Source of the DNA: a virus
DNA length: 64,000 nt
Direction: 5' to 3' (one strand)
IMG/VR virus record: IMGVR_UViG_3300032288_005197
Location: 21,561-85,560 of that record
In this document: positions 29,760-39,700 of the stretch, in pieces
Numbering within the stretch: position 1 is the first letter of the stretch
Layout: every line of letters begins with the position of its first letter
Translations under genes and position numbers: made by a program
Notes under the pieces: generated by a model
Seen by the model: the letters and a program-made list of their open reading frames with translations, nothing else
The model's database searches: none
Told to the model about the DNA's origin: nothing

Positions 29760-30579
29760 CTTGTTCTGATTTTTTTAAGTAGTCCAGGTATTCTGGAACC
29801 CCAGTATCGATATTGTGCTTTGGTGTCCATCCGCTAAGCCATTCATTTGAGTTACTAACCGTAAAGAATTGATAGCCTTCAGGTATTTGAGACTCGTCCG
29901 CATATTCAAAAGGAATCTGCATAAGATTAAGCACATCTTCAAAAGATCTACTTTCTCCACTACCTACATCGAAGTGATTACCTTTAAAGTACTCGTAATG
30001 AGCCCATGCGTGCATGTTAGCATAGACTATATCATCAACATGAACAAAGTCTCTGGTTGGATTCTTTGGAAATAGAATCACTCTTTCTCCTGCTTTGTGT
30101 TTTAAGTACGATTGATATGCAACTGATGCCATTCGACCTTTATGTTCTTCGCCTGGCCCATAAACGTTAAAGTATCTCAATGCAACTCCTCCAGTCAAAG
30201 TCACAACGTCTTCTGCTGCATACTTACTCCAACCATATAGATTCGAAGGATGCTTTCCATCACTTCCGTAATTCGCAGCTGATGAAGAATAAATGAGCTT
30301 GCACTCAGTATAACTGCAGTAACTGGCAAGAATCTTAGTAGATTCATAATTGAGCTTCATCATGTAATTGACATCCTTCTCTAGAGTATCGGAACATGCA
30401 CCAACATGGAATATTACGTCTGGTGAAAGGTCGGCAACAATACTTGCAAGTTCTTTCTGCCAGTCTTCAGAGTTCATGAAGTCGTCCACATCAATTCCGA
30501 ATACTGTAAAATTGCGGTCTAATTTTGAAATGAGTCTTTTTGCAATAAATCCGTTATCGCCAGTTACTAGTATCTTCAT
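29746..30579 (-). CDS. hldD: ADP-L-glycero-D-manno-heptose 6-epimerase
   Basis: FHVGACSDT, YSSSAANYG, YGWSK, LRYFNVYGPGEEHKGRMASV. Confidence 0.85.
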   Translation of the reverse strand: MKILVTGDNGFIAKRLISKLDRNFTVFGIDVDDFMNSEDWQKELASIVADLSPDVIFHVGACSDTLEKDVNYMMKLNYESTKILASYCSYTECKLIYSSSAANYGSDGKHPSNLYGWSKYAAEDVVTLTGGVALRYFNVYGPGEEHKGRMASVAYQSYLKHKAGERVILFPKNPTRDFVHVDDIVYANMHAWAHYEYFKGNHFDVGSGESRSFEDVLNLMQIPFEYADESQIPEGYQFFTVSNSNEWLSGWTPKHNIDTGVPEYLDYLKKSEQDGEN

Positions 30580-32558
30580 TACTTAATCGATAATTTTTCG
30601 TCCTTTGATTTACATGTGATTACTAAATGATCACCGTCCTTGATGTTACCGTCAATGTAGGCTTCAGCGATTAGGTCCTCAACGTAAGTTTGAATTGCTC
30701 TTTTTAGAGGTCGAGCTCCGAATTTTTCGTCATAACCTTTTTCAATCAAGAATTCTTTTGCCTGTTTAGTTAATTCAACAGAGTATCCGTTTTCTTTGAC
30801 TCTTGAGTAGAGATCAACTAATTCAGTCTCAACGATTTTAGCGATATCTTCCCTCTTTAGAGATTCGAATATGATAATGTCGTCCAAACGATTTATGAAT
30901 TCCGGTGCGAACTGTTTGCTAACAGCTTTTCTTAAAACACCGGCCGCGATTTCTTTCTGCTTCTCATAGTTATTACCAGTCGCAAAGCCTATTCCATTTC
31001 CAAACTCCTGTAACTCTTTAACTCCAAGATTTGAGGTCATAATGATCACTGTATTCTTGAAATCGATCTTGCGACCAAGTCCATCAGTCATGTGACCTTC
31101 ATCCAATACTTGTAGTAGAGTGTGGAAAATATCAGGGTGAGCTTTTTCAACTTCATCCAATAGAACGACTGAGTAAGGCTTACGTTTTACGCGCTCAGTC
31201 AATTGACCTCCCTCTTCGTATCCAACGTAACCCGGAGGAGCTCCCAATAATTTAGTAGCATTGAACTTTTCTCCGTATTCTGACATATCAATTCGGATCA
31301 TTGCATCCTCTGAATCGAACATGAATTTGGAAAGTTGTTTTGCCAATTCTGTTTTGCCTACTCCAGTTGGGCCCAAGAACATGAACGTTCCCACAGGTCT
31401 CTTTTTGGATTTTAGACCAGCTCTAGAGCGCTGAATTGCTTTAGTTAATTTAAGCACAGCTTCTGACTGACCAATTATTCTTGATTCCAACCATTTTGCC
31501 ATGCTCGCAAGCCTTTCCAATTCCGATCCAGTTAATCTAGTGATCGGGATACCTGTCATTGTTGAGATCACTTGTGCAATATCGTCTTCCGTTACAGTCA
31601 ATCGATTGACCTTCAAAGACTCTTCCCACTTGATTTTTTCTTCATCGATTTCCTTCTGCACGGAGAGAGCGTCATCTCTTAGTCGAGCAGCGGCTTCGTA
31701 TTGTTGAGAATCCACTGCTTTTTGTTTTCTTGCAGTCGCTTCAACCAGCTTTTCTTCAAGTTTCTTAATTAAATCGGGTACTACGACGCCGTTGATGTGA
31801 ACGCTTGAACCAGCTTCATCCATTAAGTCAATCGCTTTGTCCGGCAAGAACCTATCCTGTAAATATCGATCGCTATAGCTAACGCATGCATCAAGTGCAG
31901 CGTCCGTGTACTTAACTGAGTGATGATCTTCGTATTTAGATCGAATATTCTCGATGATCTGGCGTGATTGTTCCGGAGTTGATGGTTCTACCATCACTTG
32001 CTGAAAACGGCGATTCAGAGCACCATCCTTTTCAATTGAACCTCTGAACTCATCAAGAGTAGTTGCTCCCAAACACTGAATCTCTCCACGAGAAAGAGCC
32101 GGTTTTAGAATATTTGCTGCGTCCAACGAACCGCTCGCAGAACCTGCTCCAATCAAGGTGTGAATTTCATCGATGAATAGAATGATGTTTGGATTCTGTT
32201 GAACCTCATCAATGATCTGTTCCATTCTCTCTTCGAATTGGCCTCTATACTTTGTGCCAGCTACAAGATTCGCAAGCTCAAGCGAAACTATCTTTTTATC
32301 AAAAAGAACTCGAGGACAGGTTCTGTCCACTATCATTTTTGCTAAACCTTCAACTATCGCTGTCTTACCTACACCAGGTTCGCCAATCAATATTGGATTG
32401 TTCTTTTTTCTGCGAGCTAGAATTTGACTGCATCGCTTAATTTCCTTTTCTCTACCAACTACTGGATCTAGCTTACCTTCAATTGCTAATTGAGTTAGGT
32501 CTTTGCCGTATGAATCCAACATTGGAGTCTTTCCTGGTTTATTCACTTGTTTTGCCAT
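30579..32558 (-). CDS. clpC: ClpC/ClpA-type AAA+ unfoldase lacking the N-domain
   Basis: Two AAA modules ([16 protein letters not shown]), UVR coiled coil, ClpP-binding GIGF loop. Confidence 0.9.
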   Translation of the reverse strand: MAKQVNKPGKTPMLDSYGKDLTQLAIEGKLDPVVGREKEIKRCSQILARRKKNNPILIGEPGVGKTAIVEGLAKMIVDRTCPRVLFDKKIVSLELANLVAGTKYRGQFEERMEQIIDEVQQNPNIILFIDEIHTLIGAGSASGSLDAANILKPALSRGEIQCLGATTLDEFRGSIEKDGALNRRFQQVMVEPSTPEQSRQIIENIRSKYEDHHSVKYTDAALDACVSYSDRYLQDRFLPDKAIDLMDEAGSSVHINGVVVPDLIKKLEEKLVEATARKQKAVDSQQYEAAARLRDDALSVQKEIDEEKIKWEESLKVNRLTVTEDDIAQVISTMTGIPITRLTGSELERLASMAKWLESRIIGQSEAVLKLTKAIQRSRAGLKSKKRPVGTFMFLGPTGVGKTELAKQLSKFMFDSEDAMIRIDMSEYGEKFNATKLLGAPPGYVGYEEGGQLTERVKRKPYSVVLLDEVEKAHPDIFHTLLQVLDEGHMTDGLGRKIDFKNTVIIMTSNLGVKELQEFGNGIGFATGNNYEKQKEIAAGVLRKAVSKQFAPEFINRLDDIIIFESLKREDIAKIVETELVDLYSRVKENGYSVELTKQAKEFLIEKGYDEKFGARPLKRAIQTYVEDLIAEAYIDGNIKDGDHLVITCKSKDEKLSIK

Positions 32559-32579
32559 ATATTATTATTATACCATACT

Positions 32580-33218
32580 TTAGTCCCACCATCCTCGAAT
32601 CCCGCTGCCGTCAAAATGACTATCCCAATCGTAATCTTCACGCTTTTTAATATTTTCGTAGTCCTGGCCCTTTAGTATTTCCCAAAGCTCAGCCCACTCA
32701 GTCTCTCCCAGCTCACGGGCTCTTTCAAAAACCTTACGATTGTGTTGCTTTTCTTCGGGCGTATCCTTATCGACCATTTGATAATACGACGGATGGTCTG
32801 GAGCCGGCTCAAATTCAATGTCATGTAGCACTAACTCGCCAAGCTCAGCCTCTGCCATGTCTATGTACAGATCATCATTGTAATTCCGGATAAGCTGTGA
32901 AGCTCTACGCATTTTAGCAACCTTCTTTAGTCGACTCTCGTCAACCTCAATACCTTGAGATTCGATTTTGTCCGCCATTTGATCTAATGCGATTTGCAGA
33001 TGCATCAGTGGACCGTGATGATCCCACCAATAAGTATTCCATAGAGATTTCCTAAATAACCAAACATTCCTAATGAACCTAGGAATGTCGTATCGGATTG
33101 TCTCGTAAGTTTTATACCACCAAGTGTTGTGGAGGATCAGCGTCTTTATACTCTTCGCAAAAGAGTCTGCAAATTTAATTTCCATTTGTAATGTGTGAAT
33201 CTTTTTGAATTGAGTCAA
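32580..33218 (-). CDS. Hypothetical phage protein
   Basis: 212 aa ORF ending GWWD. Confidence 0.7.
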   Translation of the reverse strand: MTQFKKIHTLQMEIKFADSFAKSIKTLILHNTWWYKTYETIRYDIPRFIRNVWLFRKSLWNTYWWDHHGPLMHLQIALDQMADKIESQGIEVDESRLKKVAKMRRASQLIRNYNDDLYIDMAEAELGELVLHDIEFEPAPDHPSYYQMVDKDTPEEKQHNRKVFERARELGETEWAELWEILKGQDYENIKKREDYDWDSHFDGSGIRGWWD

Positions 33219-33492
33219 TTCGTGTCAATGATTGACTTTTGCTTATGATTAGAGCGTTATCACAATGCCGTCTTGAACATGGAACCTCAATTCGGATTGT
33301 GTCACGAACAACACGCTCAACTACTCTTTCAATCCTAACTGTGTCCGCTCGGTCAATAGAATCCTGTATTTGTACTATAGGTCGATTCTCAATTGCCTGT
33401 TTTATTCCAAAATAGAGCATGGAAGAGCCAAGTACAATAAGTCCAATCACTATGGTTGAACCCAAGAGAGTGAGTCGCGTAAACTTATTCAT
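33175..33492 (-). CDS. Hypothetical membrane-anchored protein
   Basis: N-terminal hydrophobic helix. Confidence 0.6.
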   Translation of the reverse strand: MNKFTRLTLLGSTIVIGLIVLGSSMLYFGIKQAIENRPIVQIQDSIDRADTVRIERVVERVVRDTIRIEVPCSRRHCDNALIISKSQSLTRIDSIQKDSHITNGN

Positions 33493-33967
33493 CGATTTTT
33501 ACCAATATTGTTTTTAAAGAGTGCTTAACGTTTTCTTTGAAACTTACTTCCATTTCAAGCCTGCGTTTTTCAAGCTCAATATTGAAAGCCTCATTCAATG
33601 ATTTGTTAGTTTTTTGAGAAATACGAATGTTGTAACTAAATACATGATTGATCACAGTCAATTCAGTGTTGTCTAAAATTAGCAAAATTCGCTTTTCATC
33701 GTTTCTAACGTATTGCTTTTGAGAAATTGGACTCATTAACAGTTCGCTTTCTTGGCATTTAATCATCTTTCTAAAAATGACTGATGCATCTTTCTCTGCT
33801 TCGCCTGACCGAGTTTCGGATCGATCGGTTGGGTCCAACATTCGATGGACTTTGATGCTGATCTTTTTAGAAAGCCTCTTAAATTTATGAATCGACCTTT
33901 TGGTTCCTTCTGAAAATTCCTTTGTAAGTTCCATTTTTATTAATAAATTACCTTTAACTTTTTCCAT
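33485..33967 (-). CDS. Hypothetical protein
   Basis: Coupled ORF in a minus-strand gene train. Confidence 0.65.
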   Translation of the reverse strand: MEKVKGNLLIKMELTKEFSEGTKRSIHKFKRLSKKISIKVHRMLDPTDRSETRSGEAEKDASVIFRKMIKCQESELLMSPISQKQYVRNDEKRILLILDNTELTVINHVFSYNIRISQKTNKSLNEAFNIELEKRRLEMEVSFKENVKHSLKTILVKIDE

Positions 33968-34346
33968 TGAAAAACCCTCCCATTAGATTAATTATGAAGT
34001 TCTCATCAACCTCCTTGGGTTCAGGAAGTTCATACTCGACAAAATCGTCCGCGCATCTAAGTTCTTCAACGCATTTCCATAGGCTTGGAATATCATAGCA
34101 AATCTCATTGCCGTCCTTGTCCCAAGCTTGTAAAATCTCTCCGCTAAAGCTTTCTTTTTCGTAAAGATACCAGCTTATCCAGTCCTCACCGTCTTTTCCG
34201 TAGTATGCTCTCAACAACAAAGTTATTACGGCCGCGTAAGAATCATCGTAGTTGATTAGATCAACTCCCATCTCCGCCAGCTTAAAACTCCGATCGTTGT
34301 GTTCCTTAATTAGAGTTATTATCTTTTCGAATACTTCCAGTTTCAT
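33954..34346 (-). CDS. Hypothetical protein
   Basis: 130 aa; DWISWYLYE motif. Confidence 0.65.
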   Translation of the reverse strand: MKLEVFEKIITLIKEHNDRSFKLAEMGVDLINYDDSYAAVITLLLRAYYGKDGEDWISWYLYEKESFSGEILQAWDKDGNEICYDIPSLWKCVEELRCADDFVEYELPEPKEVDENFIINLMGGFFNGKS

Positions 34347-34539
34347 TTATGATTATCTTTGATTGATTTTCGACCTCAATAACGTACTCTTCTAGAGCAG
34401 TTTCTATCCCGGATGCTATTAGTACAGTAAGTTCTTCCTGAGAAGAAACCATTCCCATTTGTTGGGCTAGCGCCAGTGCCTGTACTGTTTCTTCAGCGGC
34501 TTCTCTTGCGATTTTTTCAATTAGTCCTTGAGTTTCCAT
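34306..34539 (-). CDS. Hypothetical protein
   Basis: ORF directly after the GTATAATAA motif at 34551-34559. Confidence 0.55.
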   Translation of the reverse strand: METQGLIEKIAREAAEETVQALALAQQMGMVSSQEELTVLIASGIETALEEYVIEVENQSKIIINETGSIRKDNNSN

Positions 34540-34550
34540 GTTTCTTTTAG

Positions 34551-34560
34551 TTATTATACT
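34551..34560 (-). promoter_or_regulatory. Second promoter class GTATA(A/T)TA (representative)
   Basis: Recurs upstream of non-structural genes and tRNAs near 32565, 34551, 37195, 41002, 41929, 42591, 49383, 52783, 55814, 58636, 61314. Confidence 0.6.
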
Positions 34561-34564
34561 ACGT

Positions 34565-35161
34565 TTATTGTAAAAATTTCAAAATTTTATCCTTGACTCC
34601 ACTTTGTTTGATTCCCTCCAATGATTTTGGAGTTAACACAAAATTCGTAAGACCCCAATCCCTTTCGGTTTCTCCCCAATGCTTGTCCTTATAGTGAAAT
34701 CCCATGTTCAAATCATCAATTGCGACCCAATGAGTAACTTCCGGATGATCATGTAAATACTGCTTGATTTGAACCGCTCTACACTGTTCAAGATCCCAGT
34801 CCTTGGACCAGATAAAGACTTGGTCTAGGTGAGATGTGCAGTCCTTTAGATCTGGAGTGAATGCAATGGGTCTCTTCACAATGCCCTTCATCTCATAATA
34901 GTCACCCATCTCCTCGACAGTTGCCCATCTTGTCCAATCCGAACTTACGACGATTTCGGCGCCGGTCTCTTCAATGATTGAGTTAAGAACTGAGATAGCT
35001 TTTCTATTGAAATTATCGAATCTAACATCAACTGGTCCATTCTGAGCAAGCCCCTGTCTGGGATTAGCTTCGGTGAAGTATGCTCGCTGTTTTTTGTATC
35101 TGCTACCCCATTCAGTTGAGAGGCAAATCACTCCATCATGATCCAGAAATATTACTTTCAT
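34565..35161 (-). CDS. HAD-family protein (Swiss-army-knife RNA repair-like)
   Basis: IFLDHDGV, IVVSSDW, WVAIDD. Confidence 0.75.
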   Translation of the reverse strand: MKVIFLDHDGVICLSTEWGSRYKKQRAYFTEANPRQGLAQNGPVDVRFDNFNRKAISVLNSIIEETGAEIVVSSDWTRWATVEEMGDYYEMKGIVKRPIAFTPDLKDCTSHLDQVFIWSKDWDLEQCRAVQIKQYLHDHPEVTHWVAIDDLNMGFHYKDKHWGETERDWGLTNFVLTPKSLEGIKQSGVKDKILKFLQ

Positions 35162-35402
35162 AGTCTTTCTTGATTTGATTGATTAGATCCTGAGGAGCCT
35201 CAATCAATTCGAATTTTTGGTCAACGAGCCCAAATTCTGGATTCTCGGTCAATTCCTTTAATAGGGAATCGTAATCAGCTGCGCTAGGTTTTTCAAAATA
35301 CCCACAAAAGTGTAGCACATCGATTCCTTGTGAATCACCAATTCGCTTTACTGCAGCAATGCCGTGAGTAATGTCCATTATGGTTTTATCGTCTGATCTC
35401 AT
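35136..35402 (-). CDS. Hypothetical protein
   Basis: Coupled ORF. Confidence 0.55.
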   Translation of the reverse strand: MRSDDKTIMDITHGIAAVKRIGDSQGIDVLHFCGYFEKPSAADYDSLLKELTENPEFGLVDQKFELIEAPQDLINQIKKDYESNISGS

Positions 35403-35721
35403 ATACTGAATTTTCTGTTTTGAATCTAATTAGCTCGTAATAACCTTCATCGTCCTTTTTCTCTTCAACTATTTCAGTTACTTTAGTAGTTAGCCAATAG
35501 TCTTGAGCCGAGTAGCTTCGAGCTGTGACTGATCCGACTAATAATGAACAGCCGACTACTGGCTTGGAATCAACGATCTCTTTGAAAGTACCGTCTTCAT
35601 TCCATGCAATTGCTTCGACCCTTTGGCCTTGCTCTTTAATTTCCTCGCGGCCGTCTTTGTGTATTTTAATTAGAGTTGGCATCTTCTTGTATTTTATGAA
35701 GTCGTGTGTAAACCTTTTCAT
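35386..35721 (-). CDS. Hypothetical protein
   Basis: Coupled ORF; WLTTKVTEI...FKTENSVY. Confidence 0.6.
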   Translation of the reverse strand: MKRFTHDFIKYKKMPTLIKIHKDGREEIKEQGQRVEAIAWNEDGTFKEIVDSKPVVGCSLLVGSVTARSYSAQDYWLTTKVTEIVEEKKDDEGYYELIRFKTENSVYEIRR

Positions 35722-35944
35722 CTAAAAGGTTTCTTAGCTTTCTAGAGTACAAGGAATAGGCTCCCTTACCGTCTCTTAGTAGGCGCTCTTCAAAGAGCCT
35801 TAATAATTTTCTAGCAGTAATCTCCTGTTGCGGAGTTTCGCAAGAGTTGATTACCTTTTCTATCCAGATTCCAACGTCGCCGTCGTGATTACTTGTTGCT
35901 GCCATGTAATTTAGTTTTTTTACGGTTATTAAATACGGCCTCAC
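35666..35944 (-). CDS. Hypothetical protein
   Basis: WIEKVINSCETPQQ motif. Confidence 0.55.
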   Translation of the reverse strand: MRPYLITVKKLNYMAATSNHDGDVGIWIEKVINSCETPQQEITARKLLRLFEERLLRDGKGAYSLYSRKLRNLLDEKVYTRLHKIQEDANSN

Positions 35945-36218
35945 TGCGATCGATGGTTGACTGTCTGAATTGAACGCCCTTATCTGTTAACCATACTGAG
36001 CAGATCATGTTCTTATCTACCTGAAGGATCCATGCAGAACAATTCTCTTCGCCAGCTTTAGTTAACAGAGCCACCGCATTATCTAGTGAATCTATTTGAA
36101 ATACGTGGCCAGTTTCATAAACCAACCATCTTCCAGGTACGCTGATCTCAGCAACCTTTGTTTGTGCGTTCAATGTAAGTGCAATCAAACACGCAATTAT
36201 TAATATTAAATTTTTCAT
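35889..36218 (-). CDS. Hypothetical secreted protein
   Basis: N-terminal signal peptide. Confidence 0.6.
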   Translation of the reverse strand: MKNLILIIACLIALTLNAQTKVAEISVPGRWLVYETGHVFQIDSLDNAVALLTKAGEENCSAWILQVDKNMICSVWLTDKGVQFRQSTIDRSEAVFNNRKKTKLHGSNK

Positions 36219-36415
36219 GATTTTTCGTCAATTATTTTAAGTTCAAGATCATCGTTTACCTGCTGTATTCCCATTTTAAACATCCATGTTTGTAGCACAG
36301 GGCCGGCATTGAATTCAAGATACTCGATCACAGGCTTACCTTCGTGATTTTCAATGTAATCCAGAGCTCTCGCTCGGATACACTCGGTGTACAGCTCCTT
36401 ATCGCTTTTCCACAT
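36215..36415 (-). CDS. Hypothetical protein
   Basis: Coupled ORF. Confidence 0.5.
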   Translation of the reverse strand: MWKSDKELYTECIRARALDYIENHEGKPVIEYLEFNAGPVLQTWMFKMGIQQVNDDLELKIIDEKS

Positions 36416-36647
36416 ACTGATAGTATCTATAGGTTATTGTATCTTGAGGTCTTGTAGTTCCGGTAACTGGAACAATATCGCCATTATCTAGAACGGCATA
36501 GTATCTTGGTGAAATTTCGTCGTGAATGCTGACCGGTCGCTTTTTAAAGACGCTCACAATCACGTGTTTTTCGACTTTTACAGAAGATGGGCCTGCGCAG
36601 CTTGCAATCAGGCCTAAGACCAATGTTAATATGATTAAATTTCTCAT
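36399..36647 (-). CDS. Hypothetical lipoprotein
   Basis: Signal peptide with IASC lipobox. Confidence 0.6.
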   Translation of the reverse strand: MRNLIILTLVLGLIASCAGPSSVKVEKHVIVSVFKKRPVSIHDEISPRYYAVLDNGDIVPVTGTTRPQDTITYRYYQYVEKR

Positions 36648-37057
36648 ACGAAAGATTCTTTTGTTATTGCAGCAATTCGGGCTTTTTGCTCGTTAGTTAA
36701 CAACCAACGGTCTTCCCAAAGTTTATGTAATACAGTACCAAATTCCTGTTCAGAATAGGTTCCGCCAGAGAAAAGCTCTTCGGGAGTTTTTGGCGAATCA
36801 TCGTCATCTCCAAATTCCTCCTTTAAATCTTCGTACATTCGCTGCTTGTCCCATGAGCTTGCTTCCCAAAGTATGTCATCAATATCGACATAGGTGGAGG
36901 CTTCTAGATTTCTGGGATGATACTCTCCATCGGGAATTGGAGTGCCGAACTCTTCTTCCATATCCTCCCTTAAGTATTCAACCAGTTTTCGTTTTTCATT
37001 TAGGTTCAGATCGTCAACCAATTCGGTGACATCGACTGTGACTCTTATGTCTGACAT
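36644..37057 (-). CDS. Hypothetical acidic protein with an internal repeat
   Basis: VDVTELVDDL...K..LVEYLREDM repeated as VDIDDILWEA...K..MYEDLKEEF. Confidence 0.6.
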   Translation of the reverse strand: MSDIRVTVDVTELVDDLNLNEKRKLVEYLREDMEEEFGTPIPDGEYHPRNLEASTYVDIDDILWEASSWDKQRMYEDLKEEFGDDDDSPKTPEELFSGGTYSEQEFGTVLHKLWEDRWLLTNEQKARIAAITKESFV

Positions 37058-37214
37058 GATAGTATTGTTATTTGTTTAATTTACTTGTTAATACTGATGG
37101 ATTCATCCGCCTAGCACGTCTATGACAACTATGTCAATTAAACTTGCTACTATTTTAAGTCTTTTACCGGATCTTATCATCATTAATATTTAGGTTATTA
37201 TACTCAATAAAAAC

Positions 37215-37238
37215 AAAAAAGTCCCCAATTGGGGACTT
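37215..37238 (-). terminator. Intrinsic terminator
   Basis: AAGTCCCC-aatt-GGGGACTT plus a T-run. Confidence 0.8.
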
Positions 37239-37266
37239 AATTAAATAGTGGTCGTAAAAATTAGCT

Positions 37267-37662
37267 TTACACAGATTTAAAAACTATGCTAACTAGTATG
37301 CCGGCAACTGCTGTGAATAGAATCCACAGAATTTTGGTTACCGTGCTCTTCCATGACATTAATTCCTTGTGTTCGTCAATGATGTTTTGAAAAGTCTTTT
37401 CGGACTCCTCTTTTCTTTTACGAAATTCGGTGTTCTTATTAACTCTGACAACGATTCCGTCCTCTGGATCTAATAGTTGCTTTTTGATCTGTCTCAGATC
37501 TTCATGCATGTCCTCTTGAGCAGATTCAATATTCTCAATCTTGTCCTGTATTGACTTGATCTCGCCGTTTGGCATCTTGTCCTTGATCACATCAAGGGCA
37601 TCAAGAATGTCATTCATCATAGAGTCAATATCGTGATTGACTTCTCTGCGTCTTCCGCTCAT
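37267..37662 (-). CDS. Coiled-coil protein with C-terminal transmembrane helix
   Basis: Heptad-rich body ending ILWILFTAVAGILVSIVF. Confidence 0.65.
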   Translation of the reverse strand: MSGRRREVNHDIDSMMNDILDALDVIKDKMPNGEIKSIQDKIENIESAQEDMHEDLRQIKKQLLDPEDGIVVRVNKNTEFRKRKEESEKTFQNIIDEHKELMSWKSTVTKILWILFTAVAGILVSIVFKSV

Positions 37663-37672
37663 CTAGGAAAAA

Positions 37673-37981
37673 TTAGTCTTTTTTAGGCTCGTCATCCATC
37701 ATGACGTTTGCATCAACGACAGGGGCATTAGCTTCTCCGTTTTCGTCATCCGTCATGTGAACTGCTGCGTCCGCTTCAGGCTCATCATCAATAGGCTCTT
37801 GAGCTGGAACTGGCATATCGTCACCAGTCGGCTCATCGCTAATTGGCTCGTCCATTACAGTAGGCAGTTCGTCTTGCATTGGCTCAATTTCAGAAGCTGG
37901 CATCTCTGGGCCAACTTGACCTTGTGCATTCTGCTTCACGAAATCCTCAAAGCTTAAGATTGTACTGTTATTAGTCTCCAT
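37673..37981 (-). CDS. Acidic low-complexity late protein with capsid-targeting motif
   Basis: ILSFEDFVKQ; late motif at 38002-38009. Confidence 0.65.
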   Translation of the reverse strand: METNNSTILSFEDFVKQNAQGQVGPEMPASEIEPMQDELPTVMDEPISDEPTGDDMPVPAQEPIDDEPEADAAVHMTDDENGEANAPVVDANVMMDDEPKKD

Positions 37982-38016
37982 TTTAGTGAAATAATTTGAG
38001 TTTATTTATCTGGGAA

Positions 38017-38908
38017 ATTGGAACAATTTGAGCCTCGCTCTAGGCTAATTGTTATTCTGAGACTGGGGTTCCGCAATTAGGACAGAACTTCCAGCTTGAT
38101 TTTTTGTGACGGGTGCCACAGCCTGTGCAGTACGAGCGGATTTCTCCCATCTCGACAGGTTTTTTGCTCTCGGGCAAGATTTGCCACTCGGAGGTGACGC
38201 TAGCCCAATCGCTAAAGTTGCCGTAACCGTTTGAGAACTCCTGTTTTGAATCGGAGCCCTGCTCAACTCGACCAGTTTCAAAGGACCCGGCAATACTTGA
38301 ATTGCAGTAGTTCAAGCTAGCTCCAATTGAGCTTGTGAAAGTCGCTGGGCTTGATGAGTATGTGATTGTGCTTGGATAAAGCTGCCAGTTGGTCGTGCCT
38401 GAATTGCTTTTCCAGGCTGGAGAGATCTCGTCGTAAAAGAACACTTTGATCTTACCATTGTTTGCAACTGCTGCTTTCGCTTCAGCCGAATCCTCAACCT
38501 CGTAAGTTTCAAAGACAAGTTTCTTTGCTACGTCAATGAACCTTTCAAGATAAACTCGTTGGCCTGGTTTCAGGATGATGCCTGCTTCCGAAAGCCATTG
38601 ACCATTCACCATGATCTTTGCAAGTACTTGGGTTGTTTTTGGATTAAAGAGCTCAATTTCGAAATTTGAACCCGTTTTTAAGTAGACCGTGTGGCCGTAT
38701 GCCTTTAGTCTTCCTCTGCTCTTTGTGATGTGAGCGGTTGGTTGTGGTTGACTGTTAAAAGTATTGAATACTGCAGTCGAACCACCTAGTGTGATTGTTT
38801 GTTGGTACATAGTAGTTATGTTATTTTTGCGCATCTCATCGTAACCTTTAGCGATTACTCAAGGGCTCGTAAACCCGAGACGAACAGAGCGAGGCTCTAT
38901 GTTCCAAT
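38017..38908. repeat. Long-range inverted repeat bracketing the 38052-38834 gene
   Basis: ATTGGAACA-attt-GAGCCTCGCTCT (38017-38041) is complementary to AGAGCGAGGCTC-ta-TGTTCCAAT (38886-38908). Confidence 0.8.
38052..38834 (-). CDS. Hypothetical beta-rich protein with C-terminal zinc ribbon
   Basis: ETGRVEQGS..Q.F and YCTGCG...WKFCPNCG. Confidence 0.75.
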   Translation of the reverse strand: MRKNNITTMYQQTITLGGSTAVFNTFNSQPQPTAHITKSRGRLKAYGHTVYLKTGSNFEIELFNPKTTQVLAKIMVNGQWLSEAGIILKPGQRVYLERFIDVAKKLVFETYEVEDSAEAKAAVANNGKIKVFFYDEISPAWKSNSGTTNWQLYPSTITYSSSPATFTSSIGASLNYCNSSIAGSFETGRVEQGSDSKQEFSNGYGNFSDWASVTSEWQILPESKKPVEMGEIRSYCTGCGTRHKKSSWKFCPNCGTPVSE

Positions 38909-38939
38909 AATATTTAACTAAGTTCCCTAAAAAAGTTTT

Positions 38940-39335
38940 TTACTTTCGTATCCACTTATTTTCAGAGGTTAGAGTAAAACTGCCAATGAAGCAGTCTGCT
39001 TTGCCCCATTCCTGAGGTGATATGAGGCTCAGTGTGTTCGTTCCATCAAAATCATATAAATGATAGGTTTTTCCAACGATTGGATCAAACGATATTTTAG
39101 ATTCCCAAACCATTAGCGAATCGTTGAATTCAGTTGTTAGTTTCGCAGCTCTTTCAATTAGCTCAACCCGTTCTCTCTCAAAAACGTCCATCATCTTTTT
39201 GGACGACTCTGTTCGAATTAATGATACGTTGGGTAATTTGAATGCCGGGGCACCAATATTGGTTGGATAGGGCTTAAGATTTGCATCGTATCCATTTTCT
39301 TCTGACCAAACAACTAAATCGGGTTTTTTACTCAT
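38940..39335 (-). CDS. DUF2452-like protein
   Basis: PYPT..GAPAF and FDPIVGKTYHLY...LSLISPQEW. Confidence 0.6.
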   Translation of the reverse strand: MSKKPDLVVWSEENGYDANLKPYPTNIGAPAFKLPNVSLIRTESSKKMMDVFERERVELIERAAKLTTEFNDSLMVWESKISFDPIVGKTYHLYDFDGTNTLSLISPQEWGKADCFIGSFTLTSENKWIRK

Positions 39336-39352
39336 ATCATTTTTACTCTACT

Positions 39353-39700
39353 TTAATATTTCACCACTTTGACGCTAAGCCCAGCCTTTTTCGCCAGCTC
39401 AATCATGTGGCCTGTGCCCTTGCTTTGACCGTCCCAGAAACATATACAGGAGTCAGCGTACTGAGCCATTTCAGCATTTCTCTTGAATCCAGCAGCCTTT
39501 CCGAATCTTTCCCAATCCGCTGGAAATCTTTTGACTGGCAGGTCCTTATCGATTGCATAATGCTCTCCCAGAAGATCAGCACCCTTTGCTCCACCCGACA
39601 CAATCTCAACTCCTGGAACTCCTGAGATTAGCTTGCCCACTTCCTCGCATAACAAATCGTAGTTAACGAAATTTCTGCCTCCTGCAATTATGAGTTTCAT
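39353..39700 (-). CDS. SLOG-family protein (YspA/DUF2493-like)
   Basis: IIAGGR, IVSGGAKGAD, AG..RN..M, FWDGQSKGT.HMI. Confidence 0.85.
   Translation of the reverse strand: MKLIIAGGRNFVNYDLLCEEVGKLISGVPGVEIVSGGAKGADLLGEHYAIDKDLPVKRFPADWERFGKAAGFKRNAEMAQYADSCICFWDGQSKGTGHMIELAKKAGLSVKVVKY

Noticed and set aside
27952-32558. Bacterial chromosomal LPS/clp locus (host contamination or prophage boundary)
   Set aside because: The genes are compact, interleaved with phage structural genes, and use the same phage promoter motifs.
38045-38518. Alternative-frame ORFs 38045-38293 and 38312-38518
   Set aside because: They are nested in the 260-aa gene and have no independent signals.
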